Assembly (NCBI GenBank): GCA_965235115.1
Contig: OZ249450.1
Location: forward strand, 1,984,001-2,048,000
DNA length: 64,000 nt
Source: Laetmonice hystrix
Lineage: Eukaryota
Direction: 5' to 3'
Made by a program: the position numbers and the translations under genes. A model generated the notes under the pieces. That model saw only the letters and a program-made list of their open reading frames with translations, ran no database searches and was not told the origin of the DNA. Shown piece after piece: positions 63,121 through 64,000 of this stretch. The stretch's first letter is position 1. The number at the start of each line of letters is the position of its first letter.

Positions 63121-63865
63121 ACATAGATTTGTTTGGTGATAAACTGTACATACATTAGAATGTTTGTATGGTTGGTGGCCATGGTACATAAATAATGAAA
63201 ATGAGAGTTATTCACCAGCCGTTTAACATAATTATTAAGCACGTTTTCCTTGTGATTGACTGGGGCTCCTAAACGTCTGGATTGACCGTCAGGAGTTGTC
63301 GAATTGTGGAATTCTTGCAACTTGTATTACTATAGCCACGGTATACCAATAACTCGGCTATAAACATCTCATACACTTAATTAACGTAACATGCACACAG
63401 CCAATATAATGTCAAGAAAGACAGATTGGCCATATGTCGGACGGGAAGGTACGTAGTTCAAACAGGTAAAAATCACCTCATGTAGACACGCAAAGGGCAG
63501 CGTTCGCTCGGATTTCCCGGATCTTCAATACGATGTTGTCAATGTCTCGAGGTATTCTCAACAAGGCATGGTCACAGAATGGTAGGAAGAAACATTTGCA
63601 AACTGTTTACCCAGGAAACTGGTTTATAGGCCTATACACGGTCATAACTTTAACGGAAAATATTCAGCGGTCTTTAAGACGATTTTAATAACGGCGGTGA
63701 GCTCCTACCCCAACCCAACCCCTACCCGAAGCAAAAAGTGCCATTTCTAGGATCCGGAACACTTAAGTGTAGAAAAGAAATCACATTTCAACGCAATCCG
63801 CATTACAAAGTATCAGTCAGCTGGCCAGGGGGAATCACAGAGTAGGACGATAAGATTATACCTAC

Positions 63866-64000
63866 CTAGATTTGTCGTTTGCTGGTAGTGAGACGACCAA
63901 CGGTAAAAGTAAAGTCACAAGAGGAATAAGAACACTACTAGGAAAAGGTTTCCATGGTCGCTGGCGTTGGACCGGGGTAAGTTGTTGAAAGTTTGGAGTG
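63866..64000 (-). CDS. Candidate first (signal-peptide) exon of the TSP1-EGF-Sushi gene
   Basis: Frame open from the window edge: TPNFQQLTPVQRQRPWKPFPSSVLIPLVTLLLPLVVSLPANDKS, a hydrophobic core followed by a plausible cleavage site. Ends at a strong donor AG|GTAGGT in phase 2, matching the phase-2 acceptor at 15142. A Kozak-like accATGg at 63955 is one base out of frame. Confidence 0.5.

Noticed and set aside
63463-63600. Minus-strand frame ...IPRDIDNIVLKIREIRANAALCVST*
   Set aside because: Short, weak acceptor, and its phase does not match the donor at 63866.

Overview
Eukaryotic genomic DNA, probably from a marine invertebrate (inference from gene content and repeat style). No prokaryotic features, CRISPR array, rRNA or tRNA were recognised. 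The window holds one well-supported multi-exon gene on the minus strand. Six exons between 15142 and 4932 have canonical GT-AG junctions with mutually compatible phases. They encode a pro-region with a furin-type RVKR site, then TSP1, EGF-like, three Sushi/CCP domains and an SVEP1-like linker domain. A signal-peptide-like exon at 63866-64000 has the matching phase and may be its first exon, across a ~48.7 kb intron. About 24 kb (~38%, my estimate) is tandem repeat, made of about 30 unrelated arrays with units of 18-139 bp. There are also many non-autonomous TIR elements (Kolobok-like TTAA, Harbinger-like, TA-TSD, 10-bp TSD) and one 199-N gap. Most long ORFs in the track are repeat artefacts. 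The strongest leads are: (1) a 21-bp array whose common variants are synonymous in one frame, giving a (YPEFTCR)x~90 ORF; (2) a 58-bp array that amplifies an exon end and its 5' splice site into in-frame 18-nt micro-exon-like cassettes; (3) a decayed ephrin-receptor-like exon behind the stop codon; (4) a MITE family with non-identical CTG/CAG target duplication. All were identified by eye and none is database-verified.
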